Shown here in pieces: positions 31,142 through 42,727 of a DNA stretch of 64,000 nucleotides (within the stretch, counting starts at the first letter, position 1; each line of letters begins with the position of its first letter). Source of the DNA: an uncultured Verrucomicrobiae bacterium (GTDB lineage Bacteria > Acidobacteriota > Terriglobia > Terriglobales > Acidobacteriaceae). The DNA lies in NCBI GenBank assembly GCA_963795955.1, contig CAWCJK010000010.1, positions 37,367 through 101,366 on the forward strand. Direction: 5' to 3'. The notes beneath the pieces are model-generated. The model did not search any database. It had not been told where the DNA came from and saw only the letters and a program-made list of their open reading frames with translations. The position numbers and the translations under genes are program-made.

Positions 31142-32977
31142 TCAGCTCACCTTTTCGCTAAGCTCCATCCAGCGCTCCAGCACAGCATCATGCTCCGCCT
31201 GCGCACGCTCCAACTCCGCCAGCGCCTCCGTCAGCGCCTTCGCATCCACCGCCACCGCAGGATCACTCACCCGCGCGTGCGCCTCGGCCAGCTTGGCATC
31301 GACCTCAGCCACCCGCGCGTCGATCCCATCCCACTCCCGCTGCTCCATGTAGCTCAGCTTCTTCTTCGCCGGAGCACTCGGCGCAGCCTCCGCCTTCGCA
31401 ACAGGCTCCTTCCCTACTTCCTGCTTCCTATTTCCTACTTCCTCGTCTCTCCACTCTTCCCACTGCAGATAATCCGCAAAGAGCTGCGCCTCGCCACGCC
31501 CATTCAGCCCAAGCACAACGTTGGCCACGCGATCCAGCAGATACCGGTCATGCGTCACCAGCACCAGCGCTCCCTTGAACTCCAGCAGCGCCTCCTCCAG
31601 CACCTCCAGCGTCGGAATATCCAGATCATTCGTCGGCTCATCGAGCATCAACACATCCGCTGGCTGCAGCATCAGCCGAGCAATCAACACCCGCGCGCGC
31701 TCACCGCCGCTCAATCGGGCTACAGGCTGGTTCAGTTGTTCCCCGCTGAACAGAAACTTCGACGCATAGCTCGCCACATGCACCACCTGCCCCTGGTACA
31801 CCACCGCATCCGCATCCGGAGCCAGCGCCCTCCGCAGCGTGAGCGACTCGTCCAGCTCCCGCATCTGGCTCAGATACACGACGCGCAGACTCGCCGCACG
31901 CTTCACCACGCCTGCGCTCACCGGGATCTCGCCGGTCATCGCGCGCAGCAGCGTCGTCTTGCCTGACCCATTCGGCCCGCACAGCCCCAGCCGCGCTCCG
32001 TTCACCAGCGCAAAGCTCACGTCGTGCACAATCTCGCGCCCACCCAGCGTGATCGACACATCCTCCATCTCGATCAGCCGCTTCGTCTGCCGGTCCGTCG
32101 CGTCGAACCCAATCCCCGCCGTCGCAGTCCGCATCCGCCCCTGCACATCGGCCAACTGCGCAATCAAGCCATGCGCGTTATCAATCCGTGCCTTCGCCTT
32201 CGTCGCCCGCGCCTTCGGCCCACGCCGCAGCCACTCAATCTCCGTGCGCACCCGATTCTGCAAGCCCTCCTGCATCCTCTGCTGCGACTGCATGTACCCG
32301 GCGCGCTCCTCCAGAAACCGCGAATAGCTGCCATACACGCGCAACAACCCTTCCGCATACATCTGGCTCAGCTCAACAATCTCGTTCGCGACGTTCTCCA
32401 GAAAGTAGCGATCATGCGTAACCACCACCACCGCAAAGCTCGGCCCCGTTGATCGCGCCTTCAAGCCACTCAATCCCCTCCAGATCCAGGTGATTCGTCG
32501 GCTCATCCAGCAGCAGCACATCCGGGCTCAGCACCATCGCCTCCGCGATCGCCAAGCCGCTTCCGCCAGCCACCCGAAAGGCTTGCCGCCTCGGCATCCA
32601 TGCGCACACCGCTCGGGCATGGCAACGTCCACAAACCCAGCGCGCCCCAGCGTCTCGCGCAACCGCTGTTCGCGCTCGTCCTCCGGCACATGCGCCCGCC
32701 GCAGCGCCGCCTCAATCACCCCACGAGCCGTGATGCCAGGCTCAAAGTCCGAGATCTGGTGCACATACCCGATGCGCGCACGTTTGCGCACCGCGAGATC
32801 GCCAGTATCCGGCTCGGTCTCGCCCGCAAGAATCGCCAGCAACGTAGACTTGCCCGCACCATTCGGCCCAATAAGCCCGATGCGATCGCCATCATTCACC
32901 GCAAACGAAATGTTCTGAAAAAGGGGCACCGCGCCAAAGCGCTTCGACACGCCCTGAGCGTTAAGAATCGGAGGCAT
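31142..32977 (-). pseudogene. ABC-F family ATPase (two ABC domains, Uup/EttA-like), with two or more frameshifts near 32440-32610.
   Basis: The first NBD 'GLIGPNGAGKSTLL' is in ORF 32528..32977. '[14 protein letters not shown]', '[11 protein letters not shown]' and the second NBD '[14 protein letters not shown]...LSGGERARV...[11 protein letters not shown]' are in 31142..32521. Confidence 0.8.
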
Positions 32978-33098
32978 ACCCCTCCAGTCTATTCAACGCA
33001 ACGAGCACTTCACAGCGCACAAACTCCGCACACGCCGCGCCCACCGCGTTTGCAGTTCAGTCACCCGCCGTGCCCGCTACCTCGAGTACGATAAAGCT

Positions 33099-34642
33099 GT
33101 GAATACAAGGCTTCTCTTCCAGGACCCAGCGGGCTTCGCAGCCCCTCTTCTCGCCGTCTTCGCGGTCGATATCGCCACCGGCAAAGATGACCCCTCGCCC
33201 GCGCTGCTGACCACCTCCGACGCGCTCGGAAACGCCGCCGCACGCTGGCTCACAACCGGTGAGTTCAAGGCCACAGTAGGCGAAACGCTCACGCTGCATG
33301 GCCCCGCAAGCACAGGCGCAGAGCGCCTCGTCATCATCGGCCTGGGCAAGGTCAAGTCCCTCACCGCGCACGAGGTCCGCAAGGGCGCCGGCACAGCCGT
33401 CCGCTTCGCCAAAGCCCGCGGCATTCGCGACGTCGCCATCGCCTTCCCCGAAGACCGCGCCCTCGCCGACGAGCACCTCGATACGCTTCCCTGCGAACTC
33501 ACCGCGCGTGCGCTCCTCGAAGGCGCGCTCATCGCCGACTTCGACATCGACACCTATCGCTCCGAGCGCAAGGACACCAGCCTCAACGCGCTCACCGTCC
33601 TCAGCGCCGAAACAGACCGCAAGGACCAGGCCGAAATGCAGCGTGGGTTCGACGAAGGCATGATCCTCGCCGAAGCCCAGAACTTCGCCCGCTCCCTCAT
33701 CAACGAGCCCGGCAACGTCCTCACACCCACCGAACTCGGCCGTCGCGCCGCAGCCATGGCTGCCGAGGTGGGCCTCGCCTGCCGAGGTCCACTCCACCGA
33801 CAAGCTCCAGGAACTCGGCATGGGTGCCTTCCTCGCGGTAGCTCAGGGCTCCGCAGAGCCGCCCGCGCTCATCGTCCTTCGCTACGAGCCGCGAAACCGC
33901 GCCGCCAGAAGGCACGCCCGTCATCGGTCTCGTCGGCAAAGGCATCACCTTCGATACCGGCGGCATCTCCATCAAACCCGCCGAAAACATGGACAAGATG
34001 AAGTACGACATGGCCGGCGCCGCCGCCATGCTCGGCGCCATGCGCGCGATCGCGCAGCTCAAGCCCAACGTCCGCGTTATCTGCGTATGCTGCTCCGCCG
34101 AAAACATGCCCGGTGGTCGCGCCTACAAGCCAGGCGACGTGCTCAAGGCCATGTCCGGCAAGACCATCGAGGTCCTCAACACCGACGCGGAAGGCCGGCT
34201 CGTGCTCGCCGACGGCCTCCACTACGCCCAGCATCTCGGAGCCACTCGCCTCATCAACGCCGCCACCCTCACCGGCGCCATCGGCATCGCGCTAGGTCAG
34301 CTCAACGCCGGCCTCTTCTCCAACGACGACGCCACCGCCGACCAGTTCCTGGGCACCACCTCGACCACCGGCGAAAAGTTCTGGCGCATGCCCTGCACCG
34401 ACGATTACCGCGACCAGATCAAGAGCTCCATCGCCGACATCCAGAACACCGGCAACTCGCGCTACGGCGGCTCCATCACCGCGGCGATGTTCCTCAAGGA
34501 GTTCGTCGGCGACACGCCTTGGATCCATCTCGACATCGCCGGCACCGCCTGGATCGACGCCGATAAGCCCTGGCTCAGCAAGGGCCCCAGCGGCGTCGCG
34601 GTACGCACCATCACCGAATGGGTCCGCAGCTACGCGAAGTGA
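33099..34642 (+). pseudogene. pepA: Leucyl aminopeptidase (M17, PepA), with about three frameshifts between 33780 and 34000.
   Basis: N-terminal domain in 33099..34001. The catalytic core 'KMKYDMAGAAAMLGAM...VLNTDAEGRLVLADGLHYA' (NTDAEGRL motif) is in 33989..34642. Confidence 0.8.
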
Positions 34643-34644
34643 GC

Positions 34645-34690
34645 CTCGAAGAAAGCGAAACGGGTAGCGCCAAGGCGCTACCCGTTCGAT
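34645..34690 (-). terminator. Putative rho-independent terminator downstream of rplK. It is probably bidirectional, since it also follows the convergent pepA.
   Basis: Perfect 10-bp stem 'GGGTAGCGCC-AA-GGCGCTACCC' at 34662-34683. On the minus strand it is followed by the T-rich 'GTTTCGCTTTCTTCG'. Confidence 0.55.
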
Positions 34691-34711
34691 CTCTCGCTCT
34701 GAGCGAATCGC

Positions 34712-35146
34712 TTACGCCACAACGTCAAGGCCCATCGAACGCGCCGTTCCACGAATCGTCTTCGCGGCAGCTTCAACCGACGCGGCGTTCATGTCGGGCA
34801 TCTTCTGCTTCGCGATCTCCATGATCTGCTCCTCGGTTACCTTGCCCACCTTGTCCTTGTTCGGGGCACCCGATCCCTTCGCCACACCAGCAGCCTTCAA
34901 CAGCAGCACCGGAGCAGGCGGGGTCTTGGTGATGAACGTGAACGTGCGGTCCGCGTACACCGTGATGACGACCGGAATCGTCATGCCGGTCAGCGCCGGG
35001 TCCTTCGTACGGTCGTTGAACTGCTTGCAGAACTCCATGATGTTGACCTGCGCCTGACCCAGCGCGGGCCCGATCGGCGGTGCCGGCGTAGCCTTGGCCG
35101 CCATTACCTGGAGCTTGACATAACCATTGATCTTCTTCGGTGCCAT
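34712..35146 (-). CDS. rplK: 50S ribosomal protein L11.
   Basis: Intact 144 aa, '[31 protein letters not shown]...' unmistakable L11. Confidence 0.95.
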   Translation of the reverse strand: MAPKKINGYVKLQVMAAKATPAPPIGPALGQAQVNIMEFCKQFNDRTKDPALTGMTIPVVITVYADRTFTFITKTPPAPVLLLKAAGVAKGSGAPNKDKVGKVTEEQIMEIAKQKMPDMNAASVEAAAKTIRGTARSMGLDVVA

Positions 35147-35307
35147 GTTGCTTTTCCTCTTGTTGCGGCCTCAAAAACCAACCGCGAATTTTGTGCTGCG
35201 CGAGGAGCTAGAAGGTCCGGTGAAGCGGCCGGGCTGTTCTCCTCAAAACCTGTTGCAAATCCTGTCATCTCGACCGAAGCGAAGCGCAGCGGAGAGACCT
35301 GCGTTTA

Positions 35308-36006
35308 CTACCCCTCAGCCTTTTCAACACTGGCGAAGGAAACCTCGGTGGGCGTCGGCCGACCGAAGATGGACACCATGACCTTCAGTGTCTGCTTGTC
35401 CTCGTTGATCTCGTCCACCGCGCCGTTGAAGTTCGCAAACGGCCCTTCGGTGATGCGCACCTGCTCGCCCTTGGTGAACTTCAGCTTCATCTTGGGCTTT
35501 TCCTTGGTGACGTCCGCGCGATTCAGCATCGCATTGACCTCGGCCTCGGAAAGCGCATTCGGCTGATCGCCGGTCTGCAAAAAGCCCGTAACGCGAGGCG
35601 TGTTCTTCACCACGTGCCAAAGGTCATTGTCGAGCTGCATTTCGACAAAGACATACCCCGGCAGAAACACGCGATCTATCGTGTACTTCTTGCCGTTACG
35701 GATCTCCGTCGTGGGCTCCGTCGGAATCTCGATGCGTCCGACGCGGTCCTCAAGGTGATACGCGCGCACGCGGCTCTCGAGCGACTCCTTCACCTTGCGC
35801 TCAAAGCCCGAATACGCGTGAATGATGTACCACTTGAAGTTGTTGTGCGGCGCTTCCGGCTGCTCAGGCGCAGTCTCAAGACCGTCGGTCGCTTCTACGC
35901 CCTCGTTCGGGTTATAGCTCTCGTCCGCAACCGTGCCGGCGTCAAACGCCGGCGTCTCATTGGTCGCCTCAAGCCCCTGGTCGTTCTGATCGATCTCGTA
36001 TGCCAT
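35308..36006 (-). CDS. nusG: Transcription termination/antitermination protein NusG (with an acidic N-terminal extension).
   Basis: 'WYIIHAYSGFERKVKESL' NGN domain and the C-terminal KOW 'KFTKGEQVRITEGPFANFNGAVDEINEDKQTLKVMVSIFGRPTPTEV'. Confidence 0.95.
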   Translation of the reverse strand: MAYEIDQNDQGLEATNETPAFDAGTVADESYNPNEGVEATDGLETAPEQPEAPHNNFKWYIIHAYSGFERKVKESLESRVRAYHLEDRVGRIEIPTEPTTEIRNGKKYTIDRVFLPGYVFVEMQLDNDLWHVVKNTPRVTGFLQTGDQPNALSEAEVNAMLNRADVTKEKPKMKLKFTKGEQVRITEGPFANFNGAVDEINEDKQTLKVMVSIFGRPTPTEVSFASVEKAEG

Positions 36007-36031
36007 GTGCGTCTCTCGTTGAACTAGCGGC

Positions 36032-36298
36032 TTAGTGGCCGGTGAGCTTCAGGAGCCCCATATCAATGAGGCGGCCCAGCGTCTGGTCGACCAGCACGAA
36101 GAACGCCGCAAACAGAAACACGGTGGCGATCACAATGATGGTGTTCGAACGTACTTCCTCCCGGGTGGGCGTGACCACCTTGTGCATCTCCTGGCGGGTC
36201 TCGCGCAGGAACTGCATCAGGCGTTCGGGTACAGCGGTCGCGCGCTCAATCGCGGCGTTCTCGTGAGGGGCGGTTTCGACGACGGCGTGGTTGGCCAT
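36032..36298 (-). CDS. secE: Preprotein translocase subunit SecE.
   Basis: 'LMQFLRETRQEMHKVVTPTREEVRSNTIIVIATVFLFAAFFVLVDQTLGRLI' is the SecE signature. It sits in the conserved tRNA-Trp/secE/nusG context. Confidence 0.85.
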   Translation of the reverse strand: MANHAVVETAPHENAAIERATAVPERLMQFLRETRQEMHKVVTPTREEVRSNTIIVIATVFLFAAFFVLVDQTLGRLIDMGLLKLTGH

Positions 36299-36392
36299 AG
36301 TGCGGCTCCTGTGACTCCTCTGCTCTGTCTTGGACGGACACAGAGGTCGATCGGTCTTGCAAACAACGCCGGTGCCGAAGCGCCGGTACATC

Positions 36393-36468
36393 TGGCAGGG
36401 GAGCTCGGATTCGAACCGAGAAGTCCGGTTTTGGAGACCGGCAGTTTAACCGTTGAGCTTACTCCCCT
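36393..36468 (-). tRNA. tRNA-Trp (anticodon CCA).
   Basis: Reverse complement 'AGGGGAGTAAGCTCAACGGTTAAACTGCCGGTCTCCAAAACCGGACTTCTCGGTTCGAATCCGAGCTCCCCTGCCA'. Cloverleaf with anticodon loop CTCCAAA. Confidence 0.9.
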
Positions 36469-36548
36469 GTGGGAGCGAGCAAACAGCAAACAGGGAGCAG
36501 CAAACGGCACCTTTCACCTGCTTGCTGTTGGCTGTTTGCTGTTTCCTC

Positions 36549-36698
36549 TTACTTGGTTTCTTTATGATCCGTGTGCTTGCGGCACGTATTGCAAAACTTG
36601 GAGAACTCGAGACGCCCCGTGGTGGTCTTCTTGTTCTTGGTGGTGGAATAGTTCCGGTTCTTGCACACCGGGCACTGCAGGGTAACGATCTCGCGCAT
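36549..36698 (-). CDS. rpmG: 50S ribosomal protein L33.
   Basis: The minus-strand ORF translates to '[49 protein letters not shown]' (49 aa, below the ORF-track cutoff). Location is the classic tuf-rpmG-tRNA-Trp-secE. Confidence 0.85.
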   Translation of the reverse strand: MREIVTLQCPVCKNRNYSTTKNKKTTTGRLEFSKFCNTCRKHTDHKETK

Positions 36699-37312
36699 GT
36701 AAGTTCTCCTAAGTTTGGCCAGCCACCTCGGCTGGCAAGCAGCTTGGCAGGCTCACGCCCGACACGCCGCGACGCAGGGTAATGTACCCTGCTGATTGCA
36801 TTTCCCCGATTGTAGGCGGGGTCAGACGCACAGATGCTCAGGTGCGTCCTTCACTATTATCCACGAAATCGGTTCATTGCGAAAGTCGGCACGCCTGCGC
36901 AGTTCTAGCCAGGAGTTCACACGAGTCATCGCTCAAGCTGGCCAAAGTCACGCTGGGTGCGAAGGTCTGCTCGTCAGTTTTCGCTGCGACGGCAGCATCT
37001 GCCGTCGCGTTTCGGATCGAAGCAAGCTGGCCTTTCTGCCAGCGATTTGTCCGGTATACGCCTCACGACGGCCAGGACGGTTTGTCGGCTTTCATGGGAG
37101 CGGTGGGAGCGGCGTTCGTGACCTTCATTATCGTCTCCGCATCTCCTGCTGTCACGTCACGCCGCTCTCCGACGAGTTCACCAGCGTTGGATGACACGGT
37201 CGCGACACGACATAAAACGAAGCGGCGAGCCGAAGCTCGCCGCTGTCTCGTTGATTGTTCTCCGGCCAGACTGTAAGGCCGCGCGAAGCGCGTCCCGCCG
37301 TCCGTTGCAGAA

Positions 37313-38500
<1,188 letters not shown>

Positions 38501-38601
38501 GTTCCTTCTCCGTCTTTGTTCCTGGGCTGGACCCGTGTGAATCTGTCTTATCAGCGACTGAAGCCGCTGCTAAGGCGCACCGCTCTCTTCAGCGGTCCGT
38601 G

Positions 38602-38970
38602 CTAGTAATACGCATACAACTTGAAAAACTTGTCCCGGAGCGGCAGCGCCACCTGCTCCAGTGAAGCGAGATAAAGCTCGCGGATCTGTCCCTGGTCGCT
38701 CGGCGAAAGCTTCGCATACTGCGCCGGCGTATCCCCGCCCAGCTTGCCCGCCGCAAGAACCGCCTCAAAGTCGCGAACGCGCAGACCGGCCTTTTCCAGC
38801 GACCGCAGGAACTCCTGTACACCCGCCGTCGGCGAAGCGAGCATCAACAGCCGCCTTCACCTCGCGAAACGTCGCCTCGTCCTCAACCGCCAGCACAGGC
38901 CGCTCGTACAGCGCACGTGTGCGATCGATAGCTCCGGAACCTCCAGAGCCCACGGTGTTCCCTTCCATCT
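38602..38970 (-). pseudogene. Hypothetical small protein between tRNA-Gly and tuf, in two overlapping frames.
   Basis: ORFs 38765..38992 and 38602..38847 appear to be one roughly 120-aa coding region ('...LYERPVLAVEDEATFREVKAAV...GVQEFLRSLEKAGLRVRDFEAVLAAG...QIRELYLASLEQ'). No family recognised. Confidence 0.3.
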
Positions 38971-39004
38971 GTTCTCTACTGCCCTTCTGCATCCATCTGC
39001 AATC

Positions 39005-39079
39005 TGGAGCGGGAGACGGGAATCGAACCCGCGACCAACAGCTTGGAAGGCTGTGACTCTACCACTGAGTTACTCCCGC
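39005..39079 (-). tRNA. tRNA-Gly (anticodon TCC).
   Basis: Reverse complement 'GCGGGAGTAACTCAGTGGTAGAGTCACAGCCTTCCAAGCTGTTGGTCGCGGGTTCGATTCCCGTCTCCCGCTCCA'. Confidence 0.9.
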
Positions 39080-39149
39080 AGCACACGCTGCCGCGACCTG
39101 AGCATCCGAGGAAACGAACCGATCGAGCCGCGGTTGCCGTGTACAAATC

Positions 39150-39225
<76 letters not shown>

Positions 39226-39487
39226 TTCGTGCCACAGCACCCAAACCGCGGGCGCCGCTTCTAACTCTACAGCTAACTCTATCGCGCCCTGAGCCGCGCA
39301 AGCACGACCCGAAACGCAAAAAACCCAAGCAGCAGCCACGTGAACTGCTGAAACTTGCCCGGCTCCATCGTGCGCCACGCAAGCACCGCCAACAAACCCA
39401 ACACCACAAGCGCAACCATCATGCGCTGATTGCCACCCGGCTCCATCGGCAAACCCATCACCGCCGCCCGCCAGGGCCCGAAAAACG

Positions 39488-39575
39488 TGGTGCACAGGGG
39501 AGGATTCGAACCTCCGTACCTCGATGAGGGGCAGATTTACAGTCTGCTGCCATTAACCACTCGGCCACCTGTGCC
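39488..39575 (-). tRNA. tRNA-Tyr (anticodon GTA) with a long variable arm.
   Basis: Reverse complement '...GGTGGCCGAGTGGTTAATGGCAGCAGACTGTAAATCTGCCCCTCATCGAGGTACGGAGGTTCGAATCCTCCCCTGTGCACCA'. The 5' boundary is accurate to +/-1 nt. Confidence 0.85.
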
Positions 39576-39711
39576 CTGCGCTGCCACTCGACTCACCCAT
39601 TCCAAGACACATGGACACCGCTGTCGTAAGCGCGGCTTCATCATGTCGCGGAGGACTGCAGGCGGGACGACTGACAGTACAACCAATCTCAATCCTAGCG
39701 CTGTCCGAACG

Positions 39712-39787
39712 TGGAGCTGGCGAAGGGATTCGAACCCCCGACCGCCTGATTACAAATCAGGTGCTCTACCAGCTGAGCTACGCCAGC
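39712..39787 (-). tRNA. tRNA-Thr (anticodon TGT).
   Basis: Reverse complement 'GCTGGCGTAGCTCAGCTGGTAGAGCACCTGATTTGTAATCAGGCGGTCGGGGGTTCGAATCCCTTCGCCAGCTCCA'. Confidence 0.9.
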
Positions 39788-39960
39788 CCAAACAGCGCAC
39801 AGCGTCGCTCAACGTCTGCGACGCTAGGGGTGAGCATACCACAGCGACGGGTGCGTAAAAAGGCTCGGAGAGCCCGCGCATTCACGTCCCCGTTCTCCCT
39901 CGCCCAGCCTCGCCCGTCTATATCGTTGTGCCCCGAAACCCTATCTCCCAGAGTGGTAGC

Positions 39961-40836
39961 ATGTGGCCCATGTGGCGTATCTGCCGCCTTCTTCGCCCTG
40001 CTCGACTCGCTTTTGCAGCCCTGCTCTGCTCTTTGCTGCTCGGATCCGCCGCCCTCCTCGCCCAGGCCCCAGACGCAAACGACGGCCCCATTCAGCCCAA
40101 CGCTGACGTCAGTCACCCTCATGCCCTCACCAACGACACCATCATCCGCATGAGCAAGGCCGGGCTCGACGACACCGTCATCATCCAGACGATCCGGACA
40201 CAACCCGGCGCCTTCGACACCACCCCGGACGACCTCATCTCGCTCAAAAACTCCGGAGTCTCCCAGAAGGTGATCGCCGCCATGCAGGCGCGCAGCGCCG
40301 GCCTTGCCATCCACTCCGACACGACGGTCGAGGTCGCACCGCTCGCCGCAGGCGTCGACGAGATCGGCGTCTACTACAAGGACAAGGACGGCCAGTGGAT
40401 CCCGCTCCGAACGGAGCGTGTCCAGTTCAAATCCAGCGGCTGGCTCAAAAACGCCGCCAGTGACGGCCTGATCAAGCAGGACATGAACGGCCACCTTGAC
40501 GGCCAGAAATCCCCGCTCATCCTCCCCACCGGCGTCCAGATCCTCATCTACACGCCGGTCGGCACCCAGGCCGAAGAGTACGACTTCCTCCGCTTCGACG
40601 AGCACTCGGGCAGTCGCGACTTCCGCGTCAAAACCGGCGGCCTCTTCCACTCCGAAACCGGCTCCCTCCGCAACGAAATCGAGTTCCATCCGCAGAAGGT
40701 CGCCAAAGACATGTACGTCTTCACCGTCCCGGCAGACATCGAGAAGGGCGAGTACGGCGTGCTTCCCCCAGGCTCCTCCAACGTGCCCGGCATCTCCAAC
40801 GCGGGCAAGATCTTCACCTTCTCCATTCGCGAATGA
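39961..40836 (+). CDS. Hypothetical secreted protein. It has an N-terminal paired-helix repeat region and a C-terminal beta-rich region.
   Basis: Intact 291 aa with a signal peptide 'MWPMWRICRLLRPARLAFAALLCSLLLGSAALLAQA'. Internal duplicated motif 'LTNDTIIRMSKAGLDDTVIIQTIRTQPGAFDTTPDDLISLKNSGVSQKVIAAMQ'. No confident family match. Confidence 0.6.
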   Translation: MWPMWRICRLLRPARLAFAALLCSLLLGSAALLAQAPDANDGPIQPNADVSHPHALTNDTIIRMSKAGLDDTVIIQTIRTQPGAFDTTPDDLISLKNSGVSQKVIAAMQARSAGLAIHSDTTVEVAPLAAGVDEIGVYYKDKDGQWIPLRTERVQFKSSGWLKNAASDGLIKQDMNGHLDGQKSPLILPTGVQILIYTPVGTQAEEYDFLRFDEHSGSRDFRVKTGGLFHSETGSLRNEIEFHPQKVAKDMYVFTVPADIEKGEYGVLPPGSSNVPGISNAGKIFTFSIRE

Positions 40837-41879
40837 CAAAGACACGATCTTGGTGGCCCTTATGGGTCGGTTTGGCGCTGATCGCGGCTCTTGCAATCCT
40901 GCTGCTGCTCAAAGCCAAGGCCCCGCCCGAAGCCGCCCGCCTGCTCCCCGAAAGCGACGCGATCGTCTACGTCAACCTGCGGCCCCTCCGCACGCTGACG
41001 CACTTCGATCAGCCCGGTCCTGCCATCGCTCCGCCGCGCAGCCACGACCTTGAGAACTTCATCCAGGCCACCGGCTTCGACCCCGAGCGCGATCTCGAGA
41101 GCGCCGCCTTCGCTCTGCACCGTATGCCCGACGCCAACGGGCCGAACGGCATCGTCGCCTACTCCGAGGTCTTCGTCGGCCACTTCGACGGCCCTCGCCT
41201 GCACAAGTACCTCTCCAGCCTCGCGCGTTCCACGGAGACCTACGCCAACCACGAGATCTTTTCCATCCCCGTCCAGGGCCGCACCCTCCGCGTCACCCAA
41301 CTCACCTACGACATCGTCGCCGCCTCCAACGCGCCCACCACCGAGCAGATCCATTCCATGCTCGACCGTTGGGGTGCTTCGGCCCTGTGGAAACCTGGCT
41401 CCACGCTCCTCGCCGCGCGCTTCCACGAGGTCCCGTTGCTCTCGGTCGCCTGGGGCATCGGCCGCATCGGTCTGCCCTTCGGCCAGGACGGCCGCCTCTC
41501 CGTCATGGGCTTCGAACTGCCGGTCCCGATCGACACCGAACTCGTCGCCAGCCTGCGCTACAGCGGAGCCCTGCATCTCCGCGTCGAAGAGATCGCGCCC
41601 GACGCCCTCGCCGCACAGCACACCGCCGACACCGTCAACGGCATCCTCGGCATCCTCCGCGGCGTCGCCAGCGCCGAGCCCCCACACTCGCCACGCCAGG
41701 CCGCCATGCGCGACGTCCTCAGCTCCGTCAACACCGTCCAACGCGGCAACCGCGCGGTCCTCACCGCCGGCATCGCTCTCCAGGACGCCCGCGCCCTCGC
41801 CTCCTCCGAAGGCGAACCCTCCCCCGACCAACCCGAAACCTCCGAAGACACCACCCCGCCAGCACCCACGCCGCGCTGA
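40833..41879 (+). CDS. Hypothetical membrane-anchored (N-terminal TM) periplasmic protein.
   Basis: Intact 348 aa. Its start overlaps the upstream stop (ATGA). The TM helix is 'WWPLWVGLALIAALAILLLL'. The rest has no recognisable domain. Confidence 0.6.
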   Translation: MTKTRSWWPLWVGLALIAALAILLLLKAKAPPEAARLLPESDAIVYVNLRPLRTLTHFDQPGPAIAPPRSHDLENFIQATGFDPERDLESAAFALHRMPDANGPNGIVAYSEVFVGHFDGPRLHKYLSSLARSTETYANHEIFSIPVQGRTLRVTQLTYDIVAASNAPTTEQIHSMLDRWGASALWKPGSTLLAARFHEVPLLSVAWGIGRIGLPFGQDGRLSVMGFELPVPIDTELVASLRYSGALHLRVEEIAPDALAAQHTADTVNGILGILRGVASAEPPHSPRQAAMRDVLSSVNTVQRGNRAVLTAGIALQDARALASSEGEPSPDQPETSEDTTPPAPTPR

Positions 41880-42177
41880 GTTGTGCTCGCCAATCTGAAT
41901 CACCAAAGGTGTGTCATCTCGACCGAAGCGCGTAGCGCGTAGTGGAGAGACCCCCATATTTCGGGGCACCGAAGCAGTCCGCCGAAGCCGCGAACCTCAG
42001 CGCGCGAAAGCACCCGTCACGCCTCCGCGTTGATGCCGTCGACAGCATCCGCCGACCCGTTTCGTACGCTCAGACACACGAAAACTCCACCGCAAACCCG
42101 ATACCACCCAAACGCAACTCATCGCAGATGAGACTGCGCCTCCACTGCATGCCGGCCACGAGGCAGGCAACAGCCTG

Positions 42178-42726
42178 ATGCCCCGTTCCCTCGCAAAAGC
42201 CTGCGCGTGCCTCGCCCTCGCAGCCCTGGCGTCCTCACCGGCTCAAGACACCGCCAACGCCATCCCATCCACCGTCGCGGTAGCCCTGGACAATCACAAG
42301 CTCACCCTCCCGAACGACCTCCCAGCCCGAGCCAACATCCTCATCCTCGGCTTCGGCCGCCACTCCGCCGACGCCACCACCGCTTGGGAGAAATCCGTCC
42401 GGCAACAACTAGCCCGCCCACCCGCAATCGCTTTCTACGACATCGCCATGCTCGCCGAAGTCCCCGGCTTCGTACGCCCCATGGTCATCCGAGCCATCCG
42501 CCACGAGGTCCCCGAAGTCCTCCATCCCAACTTCCTCGTCGTCACCGACCACGAAGACGTCTGGAAGCGCATCGCCGGCTACACCCCTGACCAGCCCGAC
42601 GCCGCCTATCTCCTCCTCGTCGATCACACCGGCCACGTACGCTGGTCAACCCACCAGCCCTACTCGGCGACAACCTTCGCCACCCTAAAAGCCGCAGCCG
42701 AGCAACTCGCCATCCAACCTCAATAG
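42178..42726 (+). CDS. Hypothetical secreted protein (182 aa).
   Basis: Signal peptide 'MPRSLAKACACLALAALASSPAQ'. Intact ORF with no family recognised. Confidence 0.55.
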   Translation: MPRSLAKACACLALAALASSPAQDTANAIPSTVAVALDNHKLTLPNDLPARANILILGFGRHSADATTAWEKSVRQQLARPPAIAFYDIAMLAEVPGFVRPMVIRAIRHEVPEVLHPNFLVVTDHEDVWKRIAGYTPDQPDAAYLLLVDHTGHVRWSTHQPYSATTFATLKAAAEQLAIQPQ

Positions 42727-42727
42727 C

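Noticed and set aside
36700-37312. Region between rpmG and tuf scanned for an additional gene or tRNA.
   Set aside because: Only short GC-biased ORFs (36782..37276, 36796..37194, 37063..37365) without homology. This is a likely promoter/leader region of the rpmG-secE-nusG-rplK transcript.
39800-39960. Looked for an integrase or phage attachment site next to the tRNA cluster (a common island insertion point).
   Set aside because: No integrase, recombinase or direct repeat of a tRNA 3' end was found within the window. The downstream genes are an operon of secreted proteins, not mobile-element genes.
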